This document shows positions 35,534 through 43,835 of a DNA stretch of 58,752 bases, piece after piece (position 1 is the first letter of the stretch; every line of letters begins with the position of its first letter). The notes beneath the pieces are model-generated. The model searched no databases. It worked only from the letters and a program-made list of their open reading frames with translations, and was not told the DNA's origin. The DNA is taken from positions 1 through 58,752 of IMG/VR virus record IMGVR_UViG_3300045988_067221. The stretch is one strand, 5' to 3'. The DNA comes from a virus. The position numbers and the translations under genes were made by a program.

Positions 35534-35547
35534 ATTTTCTCAAATAA

Positions 35548-36156
35548 TTATTTCCTTAATCCGATAAAATAACTTACATAGAGGTTCCCGTTAATCGCTG
35601 CGTTTGTGTATAATTCTATTCTCCCATCTTTATAATTTGATGGTACAACAGTCATCCCGTATCGCTGTTTTCCAACCATCATAGCAATACATATAGGTTC
35701 TTTCTCATATTCGGGGTAATGATTATATGGAAGATATCCAATGCCACTGTTAAAATTTATTAAGGATGTACCAATTATGATTTTATCTGCATCCATCTTC
35801 TCAGTTAGTTCACGAGCTTCTGAAAGAATTTTAGTTGCCTTTACGTGGCTTTCATCCCATGCACCGGCTGGGTGGGCAGTGGTGAATTTCCATACTTTGT
35901 TATTGCGAATAGTATAATCGCCAACAGCATAATCAACTTCTGGATTAAATTCATCCCCCATGTCATCGTATGCCTGATTAACAGCAGCATTGGTTTCATT
36001 CATGTCCTTTGCAGAGAAAGTGCTTCCAACAGATTGATAATCAGTAGCATCTTCCAGAGATTTTGTTCCGTTGCTGTTTTCGGTAACATTATACTGCCGT
36101 TTTCCGTTCATAGATTCTGCTAAAATATCATCTGTAAAATTTGTTTTTAATGCCAT
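35548..36156 (-). CDS. Tail-fibre tip / receptor-binding protein (currently expressed cassette)
   Basis: 202 aa; RBS aaggag; last gene of the tail-tip string; carries the right inverted repeat in frame (..RELTEK|MDADKIII..). Confidence 0.6.
   Translation of the reverse strand: MALKTNFTDDILAESMNGKRQYNVTENSNGTKSLEDATDYQSVGSTFSAKDMNETNAAVNQAYDDMGDEFNPEVDYAVGDYTIRNNKVWKFTTAHPAGAWDESHVKATKILSEARELTEKMDADKIIIGTSLINFNSGIGYLPYNHYPEYEKEPICIAMMVGKQRYGMTVVPSNYKDGRIELYTNAAINGNLYVSYFIGLRK
35797..35813 (-). repeat. Inverted repeat, right copy
   Basis: cttctcagttagttcac is the reverse complement of the 35265-35281 sequence. Confidence 0.9.
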
Positions 36157-36563
36157 TATACTTGAACTCCTTTCATATTTCCAAATCTAAAAGCCAATCT
36201 TATAAGTCCGGCTTTTTGTCTGTCTAATAAATTGTACATGTTTAGTATTGCTGACTCGATTCTATTCAGTTCATCGTATGTAATAAATACACCATTTGGT
36301 ACGAATGTCTGTCTGTCACCAAAATCTTGAGTAAAAATATTTTGATTTATTTTCTCAAGATTTTCTTCAAATTTGTTTATTTCGCTTGCGTAGATATAAT
36401 CTACATAGGTTTTTTCTGGGCCCATGTCTTGTGTGTCAAAAGACATATAAAGAGTTTCCGCTTTATCTTTCAGAAAATCCAGGTTTCCTTTTATGCGGTT
36501 GTAATCAGATATATTAAATCTGTCACTGACCGTCCAGTTCGTTTTTGGTTGGATCCACGCCAT
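36156..36563 (-). CDS. Tail-fibre/collar protein
   Basis: MAWIQPKTNWTVSDRFNISDYNRIKGNLDFL.. resembles the N-termini of Firmicutes phage fibre proteins. Confidence 0.5.
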   Translation of the reverse strand: MAWIQPKTNWTVSDRFNISDYNRIKGNLDFLKDKAETLYMSFDTQDMGPEKTYVDYIYASEINKFEENLEKINQNIFTQDFGDRQTFVPNGVFITYDELNRIESAILNMYNLLDRQKAGLIRLAFRFGNMKGVQV

Positions 36564-36564
36564 A

Positions 36565-38799
36565 TTACAACACCGCCTTCCTTGCTTTTAATGATCCGCT
36601 CCATGTACCAGTAAACTTTAATTCGTTCTGATAAGCACGCACCATTGTATTTTCTCTGTTTTTTAGCTCTAAAAAGAAAAGATCGTTTGCATCAGTCCTC
36701 GGATCTCCGTTCCATGATATTTCATATTCCACATCACCCAAATAGTATGTAGACAACCATTTTTCAATGTCCACAGCCATTTCTAATGAGCTTACCAGAG
36801 GATTTTTCCATGTTTTTTCGGTTCCTGTCTGATTGTGAATTTTTGAATATGTTTGCGTATCTTGTAAATATTCTTGCCCACTTACAGAAATCCTCACTTT
36901 TTCTCCTACGTTTCCGACAATATTTACTTTTACAAAATAGCTGCTGCTATCAATGATTGACACTGTTGTATTAGCAGATTCCGTGGATACTGAGAATCCG
37001 TAAGAAGCTTTTGCAAGATATACTGTATACTCCTGTGTTGCTGATTCTAAAAGCACCTCTTCCGATGAAAGCTCTTTTATGGCTTCTAGATTTTCTTTAT
37101 AAAGCGTTCTTTCTACGGATATAGATTTTATTCTTTCTTGCCGTGTTTCTCTTGGAGAAGTAGAAAGATTAAAGTCTCTGGATAAAACGTAATCCGTTGA
37201 ATCTCCAAATATAATATTGTCTATCGTTACTCTGGCATTTGGATGCCCTTTCGTAAACTCAATTTCTACTTTGTCGAATCGGTCTAATTGCCCAAGATAT
37301 CCTTGCTGTAATTCTGGATTTGACACGGTGTATTCTAATACAGTTGTTCCCAAGTAAGAAGTTTTTACTGAGTATTCTGCCGGAGCAACATTCCTAAAAT
37401 AAATCATCATTCCGTAGCAGATATATCCTGATTCTAATGTGATTGTTATTTTCGGATTATTTTGGAAATCTCCGTTCTCATTAGCCAATTCGCTGCTTAC
37501 ATATCCTATATTTTCGATGTATTCGCCATTTTCTGGTAGAAATTTTAAAGTCCCGTTCACAGAAGAAAAATCGTTACTTCCCATTGCATATGCTTCTTTT
37601 TGACTGTAACTAAGTATGTTTTGAGACCTGCTAAACTCGGTTTCTCCGTTCGTTTCTGCTGTCATATCAGGGACAAAAGATGATTTGATGTTAATTCGCC
37701 CTTTCCGATCCACGCTTAAAACACAACGTCCGGCATTAGATATAATCTGTAATGCTTCAGAATGCTTTACTGCCGGAACAGGATTGCATACGATTACGCT
37801 TTTCAAATATTCGTCTATATAGTATTCCTCATCCTTCATTCCGGCATCTGTGAAAACATCGACAGCCAAGTCATATAAAGATATTCCGCTGTTCCGATAT
37901 AAACCATTGTAATACATGGTATTTAACTTCCAGTAAAACACATCAACCATGGTAAATTCTGCTTGTACATCGTTTGCGCTCCATGACTTAAGGTATGTAG
38001 TAATTTCTGGAACCCATTCAATATCACCTTTTCCAGTTACATCGTATCCAAACGTGACTTTCATTTCCTGCCCTTGTTCGAGATATGCAATAGCTGATTC
38101 AGAATTTTCAGGACTGTAATATAGGTTCTGGTTATCCACAACAATGGTCATGTCTTGGCTTGGTACAGATTCACAAATAGGAGATACAAAATCTTTATAA
38201 GAAAAAGATTTGACCTCGTTATTTGAGAAAGTATTGGAAATTCCGCAGGTAAACTGTAAAATCCGCATTCGTCCCTGCCCATTAACCATGGCCAGCGGTG
38301 TTATCCGCAGGAACGTCACCGCATCGAATGTGTCCTCAGTAACAAATACGTTTCCTGAGTTTTCATAGGTCTTCGTTCCATTATCTGACTTGATTGTAAA
38401 AGATGTTGGGTAATATTCTCCAAAGTTAATAGTGAGTCCTTTAATATCAGCAAAGTTTCCAACAAAAGAGATATATATTGATTCCAAAAGTCCAGAAGTT
38501 ACCATTCCGTTGTTATAAAAATCATAATCAGAATATTCTTCCGGCAAAAAATACATTGTCCCATTAACTTTAGAAAAATCTTGCTCCATAGTTGCATATA
38601 TTTTCTTTGCGGTATTGTCCTTGAAAGGAGCGGTATTGTTTGCAAAATAAGCAAAATCATTATTGCTATCATCCGCAATTATATTTTCTGTAGCAATTGA
38701 ACTGACAATTCCAATTCTGGCAGATATATACCCTCGGTTCCTGAATGGCTTCTTCATTGCGTCTTTGTATTCTTTACTTACATTTTGCATGTTAATCAC
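36565..38799 (-). CDS. Large tail-tip/baseplate structural protein (Tal-like)
   Basis: 744 aa; position between the Dit-position gene and the fibres. GTG start at 38799 or ATG at 38790. Confidence 0.55.
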   Translation of the reverse strand: MINMQNVSKEYKDAMKKPFRNRGYISARIGIVSSIATENIIADDSNNDFAYFANNTAPFKDNTAKKIYATMEQDFSKVNGTMYFLPEEYSDYDFYNNGMVTSGLLESIYISFVGNFADIKGLTINFGEYYPTSFTIKSDNGTKTYENSGNVFVTEDTFDAVTFLRITPLAMVNGQGRMRILQFTCGISNTFSNNEVKSFSYKDFVSPICESVPSQDMTIVVDNQNLYYSPENSESAIAYLEQGQEMKVTFGYDVTGKGDIEWVPEITTYLKSWSANDVQAEFTMVDVFYWKLNTMYYNGLYRNSGISLYDLAVDVFTDAGMKDEEYYIDEYLKSVIVCNPVPAVKHSEALQIISNAGRCVLSVDRKGRINIKSSFVPDMTAETNGETEFSRSQNILSYSQKEAYAMGSNDFSSVNGTLKFLPENGEYIENIGYVSSELANENGDFQNNPKITITLESGYICYGMMIYFRNVAPAEYSVKTSYLGTTVLEYTVSNPELQQGYLGQLDRFDKVEIEFTKGHPNARVTIDNIIFGDSTDYVLSRDFNLSTSPRETRQERIKSISVERTLYKENLEAIKELSSEEVLLESATQEYTVYLAKASYGFSVSTESANTTVSIIDSSSYFVKVNIVGNVGEKVRISVSGQEYLQDTQTYSKIHNQTGTEKTWKNPLVSSLEMAVDIEKWLSTYYLGDVEYEISWNGDPRTDANDLFFLELKNRENTMVRAYQNELKFTGTWSGSLKARKAVL

Positions 38800-39209
38800 T
38801 CCAGGCCTGCATCAATAAGATTAAATTTACAATTCTCGTACTTTGTAACAATGTGAGAATCTTGGTCTGCAAATAATGGAACACCGGTCCTGTCTCCAGG
38901 ATACATTGTAACGGTGATCGGTTTTCCTGTCCGGTAGTCCTCAAAAGTTACCGGCACATAAAATGGTTCTACTGCCTTTAACATTCTTTGCCATGTTTCT
39001 GCATCCAGCATTGCCCATTCCAGATTGTTCAGTTTAAAAATGTCTCTTCCTACTCGCTGTCCAATAACTGCGTTATTTGCGTTTCGTCCGGCATTTACCG
39101 TTGTGCTGATGATATACGAAAATCCAACCCTTGGACACGGGAAGTCTACTCCATTTACGTTCAAAAACGATGACATTCCTCCGCCTGATCGCATAGTTCT
39201 TATTGCCAT
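38796..39209 (-). CDS. Distal tail protein-position gene (first gene of the tail-tip module)
   Basis: 137 aa; RBS ggaggtg; overlaps the next gene by 4 nt. Confidence 0.45.
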   Translation of the reverse strand: MAIRTMRSGGGMSSFLNVNGVDFPCPRVGFSYIISTTVNAGRNANNAVIGQRVGRDIFKLNNLEWAMLDAETWQRMLKAVEPFYVPVTFEDYRTGKPITVTMYPGDRTGVPLFADQDSHIVTKYENCKFNLIDAGLE

Positions 39210-39305
39210 GTAGGCACCTCCGTTCTTGGCAGAAGTACCATCGGGCAGTCTGCCAGTATCTTTTTCTGGTTAGCGGATACCTCTTGCGGTATCCGGCTTA
39301 TATCC

Positions 39306-39773
39306 TTACTGGATTTCACATTTAAGCGGCAAATATGATACGAATCTGCTATTCATCCACGGTTTTTCCGGTGTTCCAAATTCTTCACTGTCTTCTGATG
39401 TCCAGATAAAATTACCAACAACATACACGGCTTCACCTTCAGCCGGCCTGTTCTTCGCAAACCCACTTTTCCTTTCCAATTCATATTTTCCTATGCAGAT
39501 TAAATTTCTCTTAGCCAATTCAAGATAATGTGAGAATGTCCCATCGCAAATACACCTGTCTCCACACCATCCGTCAAAATCTGTTTCCGGATCATACTTT
39601 ATCTTCACTTCAAACTTTTCTCTTGTATCTGGTCGAGTAAATTCAAGACTCCATAAATTTTCACCGCATTTTTCCTTGTAAAATAAATAGTCAAGCACCT
39701 TGTCTGTGCCAAACTCAAAGCAGTTTTTCTTCAAGTCCACTTCTTTCTTCACAAAATCCAATGATTTCCCCAT
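39306..39773 (-). CDS. Hypothetical protein
   Basis: ORF 39306-39779 (TTG); first ATG at 39773. Confidence 0.5.
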   Translation of the reverse strand: MGKSLDFVKKEVDLKKNCFEFGTDKVLDYLFYKEKCGENLWSLEFTRPDTREKFEVKIKYDPETDFDGWCGDRCICDGTFSHYLELAKRNLICIGKYELERKSGFAKNRPAEGEAVYVVGNFIWTSEDSEEFGTPEKPWMNSRFVSYLPLKCEIQ

Positions 39774-39789
39774 AATCAATCATACCTCA

Positions 39790-40632
39790 CTATTCTATCA
39801 ATTTCGCTTTTAAATTCCGGCGGATATAGCCGGACATAAAGTGGGACAGGCTCTTTTCTATGCCATCCCGGTAGTTCGTTTGCATGTACATATCAATTAG
39901 CGGAATATACTGGTCTAGCGTCCACACATCATCCATGATTCCATATTCGTCCTCATCCTGATGCAGGTAGTTGTATACGATATTGCTAATAGCCGGTCGT
40001 GTGAGTGGCTTATGCGGCTTGCCTTGCGTTCTGGCATATTCGCTTACAAAGTATTCAGCTATGTCCTTCAACTCGGCTCTATAGCCGCTATCTGGAGATT
40101 CTCCTTCTTCCGTCATTGCCTCGTCAATAGCTTTTGTGACCGTAGGAGATAACGTACCACCTTCAGATGTGGGAGAGACCTCTTTTTCCGCAGAAAAAGA
40201 GCATACTCCCATACTTTTATTTTCTTGTTTATTTTCTTTTTTAGTATTTTGTATGTTAGTATTTAATTGTGCGGGCATATCCAACATTGGTTCATCCTGT
40301 GTTGGATATTCCAACTTAGGTGAATCCGACTTAGGCTCTACAGGCTTTTGATAGACGGTATAAACCGTTCCACCAAGTGTACCGTTTTTATTTCTTTCCC
40401 GCTCTCTGGTAACATATCCACTGTTTATAAGCTCTGTCAAAGAACTTCTAACTTTGTCTTTTCCTTCTTTGACAATTTTTGTAAGTCCTTCCACTGTATA
40501 ATTCCAGTTATCCGGAAGACTCAACATCGTTATGAGTAATCCTTTAGCAGATAACGATATTTCCTTATTTTTGAGAATTTCATTTGGAATTGTCGTGAAA
40601 TTCTGTGTCAGTTTTACTACTACTTTTGCCAT
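39790..40632 (-). CDS. Winged-helix replication-initiator/replisome-organiser-like protein
   Basis: ..FTTIPNEILKNKEISLSAKGLLITMLSLPDNWNYTVEGLTKIV.EGKDKVRSSLTELINSGYV. Confidence 0.5.
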   Translation of the reverse strand: MAKVVVKLTQNFTTIPNEILKNKEISLSAKGLLITMLSLPDNWNYTVEGLTKIVKEGKDKVRSSLTELINSGYVTRERERNKNGTLGGTVYTVYQKPVEPKSDSPKLEYPTQDEPMLDMPAQLNTNIQNTKKENKQENKSMGVCSFSAEKEVSPTSEGGTLSPTVTKAIDEAMTEEGESPDSGYRAELKDIAEYFVSEYARTQGKPHKPLTRPAISNIVYNYLHQDEDEYGIMDDVWTLDQYIPLIDMYMQTNYRDGIEKSLSHFMSGYIRRNLKAKLIE

Positions 40633-40665
40633 GTTCTACCTCCTACAAATAGACTCCTACATTTA

Positions 40666-40729
40666 TGAAAAACAACTGGCAGGCGGTGTAGGATTTCCGC
40701 TTTTCGTGTTGCAATCACTAGCCAGTTGT
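40666..40729 (-). terminator. Long-loop hairpin plus T-run after the Rha gene
   Basis: Minus strand: acaactggc ... gccagttgt followed by ttttt. Confidence 0.45.
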
Positions 40730-40731
40730 AA

Positions 40732-40774
40732 AAGCAGCCGGAGGAATCGAACCTCCATAAACCACTGACTGCTT
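40732..40774 (-). ncRNA. tRNA-minihelix-like element (acceptor-like stem stacked on a canonical T arm)
   Basis: Minus strand: aagcagtc-agtggtttat-ggagg-TTCGATT-cctcc-ggctgctt. Confidence 0.4.
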
Positions 40775-40783
40775 ACATGTGTT

Positions 40784-41431
40784 TTATACGGCCTGTAACA
40801 AGGCATTGTTTTCATTCAAGAATTTCTTAATTTGGTCATATCCCCAACCACACCCGATGAGTCCGCTGACAAGCATTTCTTTTGACTGAACTATTCTTAA
40901 ATCCTCTTCGCTGAAAAAGTCTCTCAAATTTGCTTTATCGTCTACTCCATACTCTTCCTGGAGCTGTTTTGCATTTTTACCAAATACGGCTTTGTAGATT
41001 ACATTTGTATATGTGGAGTAGGCATGACCATGCATCCGATCATTTTCTTCTGATTGTTTCAAAGTATTGGTAAGAGCCTGCCGGACTGCAATGCCTTTTT
41101 CTCTTTCTCGGATTTTTCCGATAAGAGCTTTTTCCATTGCGTTAAACTGGCGAATATATGCTTCTTTGAACTGCATAGCCTTTTCACCGGTATACCCCAT
41201 TGCCAATAACGTAAAGCCGTCTCTGGTCATAATAAACATTGATTGATTATGCCCTTGTTCATTCGCATATTTCGACTGCACGAAATTGTGCAATCGAAAA
41301 TCCTCACTGCATTTCAGCTCACGTATGTCCTGCAAAACCCTACGATGTTCCTTTCCGAACGTTTCTGCCACATCAAGACTCGTTACTGTCGCGACTTCTT
41401 CTTTCTGGATTTTTGAGATCTCAACTAACAT
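40784..41431 (-). CDS. Rha-family phage regulatory protein
   Basis: ..VTSLDVAETFGKEHRRVLQDIREL.........NQSMFIMTRDGFTLLAMGYTGEKAMQFKEAYIRQFNAME. Confidence 0.75.
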   Translation of the reverse strand: MLVEISKIQKEEVATVTSLDVAETFGKEHRRVLQDIRELKCSEDFRLHNFVQSKYANEQGHNQSMFIMTRDGFTLLAMGYTGEKAMQFKEAYIRQFNAMEKALIGKIREREKGIAVRQALTNTLKQSEENDRMHGHAYSTYTNVIYKAVFGKNAKQLQEEYGVDDKANLRDFFSEEDLRIVQSKEMLVSGLIGCGWGYDQIKKFLNENNALLQAV

Positions 41432-41474
41432 ATACCATCCTCCTGTGATATTTATTGTTCGTTTTCAGACAAAC

Positions 41475-41520
41475 AAAAAACGCCCACCAGACACAGTATC
41501 TCTACCATGTCCAGTGAGCG
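41475..41520 (-). terminator. Strong intrinsic terminator closing leader B
   Basis: Minus strand: cgctcactggac pairs with gtctggtgggcg (12 bp including G-U pairs), followed by tttttt. Confidence 0.8.
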
Positions 41521-41625
41521 TGATTCTCAAAATGTTTGCCGTCCTTGCTCGGTTCGTCCTATCCTTTGCGCCCCGTTCTCCCCTCAACGGCAAGCCGGGC
41601 GGAGCTGGCGGATTCGGTTAAATTT
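41521..41625 (-). promoter_or_regulatory. Leader element B (homologous to leader A at 14128-14236)
   Basis: Minus strand: ttaaccgaatcc..ccgttgaggggaga..caaaggataggacgaaccgagcaaggacggcaaac..gagaatcacgctc. Confidence 0.6.
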
Positions 41626-41631
41626 TCTTAT

Positions 41632-41660
41632 ATTATAACATTTTTTCTTCTTTATATCAA
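41632..41660 (-). promoter_or_regulatory. Promoter (TTGATA-17-TATAAT) driving leader B and the Rha gene
   Basis: Minus strand: ttgata (41660-41655), tataat (41637-41632). Confidence 0.6.
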
Positions 41661-41664
41661 GAAG

Positions 41665-42429
41665 TTATTGGTCGATTACTAATGCAACATAACCGATTAC
41701 ATTATCAATGTCAGATTCGGAGCACCTGAATCTGCTATCCCGGATGCTCAGATATTCGTAGTGACCGTTGCCACATGAATGCCGTCTGACAATGAAAACG
41801 TTATCACCATAAATGATAACACTGTCTTCGGATGGTTTTGGATACCGGTCGTTTGCGATCAGAAGAATGTCATATGGAGTGTAGTGAGGCATATAGTGAT
41901 CCACGGAGGTTTTTATACCCATAAAAATTTGCGGTTTGATATTTTGCGGAATATCGGTGATATCAATGGATTCAAAATCACTGGAAATATGTAGCGTGCC
42001 GTCCGGGTGCTCTTCCAGATTCATGACAGGGACAGTCTTGCGTCCTTGCCTGAAACCGCCATTGGAAAGCTCATATTGACGATGGATAAACCAACGGATA
42101 AAATACTGGTAGTGCTCAGGCATTTCACGGAACATGGATATGCAATCCATATTTTCTTCTGAAAAAGTATCCAGACCGATCAGCTCATCGAGAGTTACAC
42201 CGATAGCTTTTGCTAAGAGGGCAGCAGTGGATAGCTTGCAATCTTTTGAGTTCTGGTACAACAGATTTTTAAGCGTGTCAAATGAAATACCAGCGGATTC
42301 AGCCAGCTCATGAATGGTAATGTCTGAATACTTTAAGCAAACATCCAAATTGTGACGTAAATTTGCTGTTAAGACGGCATTATCTCTGGTAAAATATTCT
42401 GATAATTCATACAAGTTTTCTTTTTTCAT
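41665..42429 (-). CDS. HTH (XRE) repressor-like protein with LexA/S24-like C-terminal half
   Basis: ..ITIHELAESAGISFDTLKNLLYQNSKDCKLSTAALLAKAIGVTLDELI.. plus a beta-rich C-terminus. Confidence 0.55.
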   Translation of the reverse strand: MKKENLYELSEYFTRDNAVLTANLRHNLDVCLKYSDITIHELAESAGISFDTLKNLLYQNSKDCKLSTAALLAKAIGVTLDELIGLDTFSEENMDCISMFREMPEHYQYFIRWFIHRQYELSNGGFRQGRKTVPVMNLEEHPDGTLHISSDFESIDITDIPQNIKPQIFMGIKTSVDHYMPHYTPYDILLIANDRYPKPSEDSVIIYGDNVFIVRRHSCGNGHYEYLSIRDSRFRCSESDIDNVIGYVALVIDQ

Positions 42430-42579
42430 GACCTTTTACTCTCCTTATTTGAATGATAAAATGGCAATGTCTTCAAAAGAAGACATCAACTTCTGGCTGG
42501 GGGAGCACTAATCCGCATGGTGTTCCCTCATACGAATAGCTTACTTTCCGACAGAGGAAGTGTCAATATTTTCGTTTTT

Positions 42580-42672
42580 ACAAAATCCTACATAATTCGA
42601 CAAAATCCGATATATTGGCAAAACAAAACATATGTTCTACAGTTTGGGCATTGATACATGGTTGCGGATTTT
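42580..42672. promoter_or_regulatory. Operator-like boxes ACAAAATCC (42580, 42600) and inverted AAAATCCG (42665-42672)
   Basis: Direct copies 20 bp apart, in the divergent region between 41665-42429 (-) and 42692-42802 (+). Confidence 0.4.
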
Positions 42673-42691
42673 TTCGATTGGAGGGGTATTT

Positions 42692-42802
42692 GTGAATGAA
42701 AAAGAAGTCTACAGGGAACGGATTATTGAGATGGTGAAGAAAATTGACAATATTGATTGGCTAAAAGCAGTATATGCACTTTTGAAAAAATTGTTAGAAT
42801 AG
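42692..42802 (+). CDS. 36-aa protein (VNEKEVYRERIIEMVKKIDNIDWLKAVYALLKKLLE), GTG start
   Basis: RBS ggagggg. Read directly from the sequence; not in the ORF track. Confidence 0.4.
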   Translation: MNEKEVYRERIIEMVKKIDNIDWLKAVYALLKKLLE

Positions 42803-42806
42803 AGAA

Positions 42807-42844
42807 AAGACAAGGGATTGCGCATGTCCCTTGTCTTTCTTTTT
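42807..42844. terminator. Bidirectional terminator
   Basis: aagacaaggga-ttgcgcatg-tcccttgtctt with T-runs on both strands. Confidence 0.75.
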
Positions 42845-43211
42845 ACTTGTTCTTCTCGGCTATTGAGTCGATCAGCTTTTCAAGCACTCCCCACTCGGAT
42901 TCGTCCAGTTTTGATAATGCGGATACAAGCCTACGTTTGAAGCTATCTTCATCAGTTTTTAAGACTTCTCCGATCAAGTCACCGATCTGTTCATCTTTGC
43001 TTTTCTTAACGAACATTTCCCCTTCACCAGTTCGTAGCCAATTTTCATTAACTTCAAATTGTTTGCAAATCAATGCAACTGCTGCATCACTGGGAATGCT
43101 TCTGCCCATTTCGTATGTGGCAACTGTATTTCTTTTTACTTTCACAGCGTCAGCAAATTCCTGCTGAGTCAATCCGAGAGCATTGCGAATTTCTTTTATT
43201 CTCTCATGCAT
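42843..43211 (-). CDS. XRE-family HTH repressor (CI-like)
   Basis: MHERIKEIRNALGLTQQEFADAVKVKRNTVATYEMGRSIPSD..; divergent from a consensus promoter. Confidence 0.8.
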   Translation of the reverse strand: MHERIKEIRNALGLTQQEFADAVKVKRNTVATYEMGRSIPSDAAVALICKQFEVNENWLRTGEGEMFVKKSKDEQIGDLIGEVLKTDEDSFKRRLVSALSKLDESEWGVLEKLIDSIAEKNK

Positions 43212-43276
43212 TTATTCATCCTCCTTTCTGCAAAATTATAGTAACATAAAATGTTGAAAAAATCAACAAAAATATC

Positions 43277-43305
43277 TTGACAATTGTTTTATTGCGACTT
43301 ATAAT
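43277..43305 (+). promoter_or_regulatory. Consensus early-rightward promoter (TTGACA-17-TATAAT) overlapped by two AATTGTTTTA boxes
   Basis: ttgaca 43277-43282, tataat 43300-43305; boxes at 43282-43291 and 43303-43312. Confidence 0.7.
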
Positions 43306-43415
43306 TGTTTTACAGTCAACAAAGAAAGGGGATGAAATGATGAAAAAACCAAGTATTTCAGATGTTGCATTAGTGATTTCAATATTTACTTTGCTGCTTC
43401 AGATATTCTGCCATT

Positions 43416-43781
43416 TTATTTTACCAAAGTTTTGACGAACTCAATGATTTCTGAATGGTGAACAGCAAATTCCATAAAAGCGCAGGCAATGGCTACAATT
43501 ACAGAAATCCAGCCTTTAATATCAGCTTTACTTGATGTTTTCAAGGCAGTATTAGCTTGAACTTTAGAGCTTTCTGCAATCTCTTTAGCTGATTCGGCTT
43601 GAGACTTGGCAGACTCAGCCATGTCGTGAAGTTCCTTGCTTGTCTTTTCGAGATAAGCAGATTGACTTTCTATAAGCTCGTATAACGATTTTTCGCCTTC
43701 GTGCTTAGGGAATTCGATATCAGGGATTTTGTAATGTGGAAACAAGTCATCCGTATTTGGGTGGTTTGGCACGTATTTCAT
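43416..43781 (-). CDS. C-terminally membrane-anchored coiled protein (lysogen-expressed candidate)
   Basis: ORF 43416-43793; the ATG at 43781 follows RBS ggagg. Antisense to the early-rightward transcript. Confidence 0.55.
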   Translation of the reverse strand: MKYVPNHPNTDDLFPHYKIPDIEFPKHEGEKSLYELIESQSAYLEKTSKELHDMAESAKSQAESAKEIAESSKVQANTALKTSSKADIKGWISVIVAIACAFMEFAVHHSEIIEFVKTLVK

Positions 43782-43835
43782 AATAGCCTCCAACGTTTTT
43801 TGAAAACATTATATCACAGGAAGGAAGTGAATTGA

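Noticed and set aside
43337-43435. A 32-aa hydrophobic ORF (MMKKPSISDVALVISIFTLLLQIFCHFILPKF) just downstream of the consensus early promoter
   Set aside because: It is plausible (RBS aaagggga), but it is tiny, overlaps the 3' end of the convergent gene 43416-43781, and is unsupported by anything else. It is not listed as a feature.
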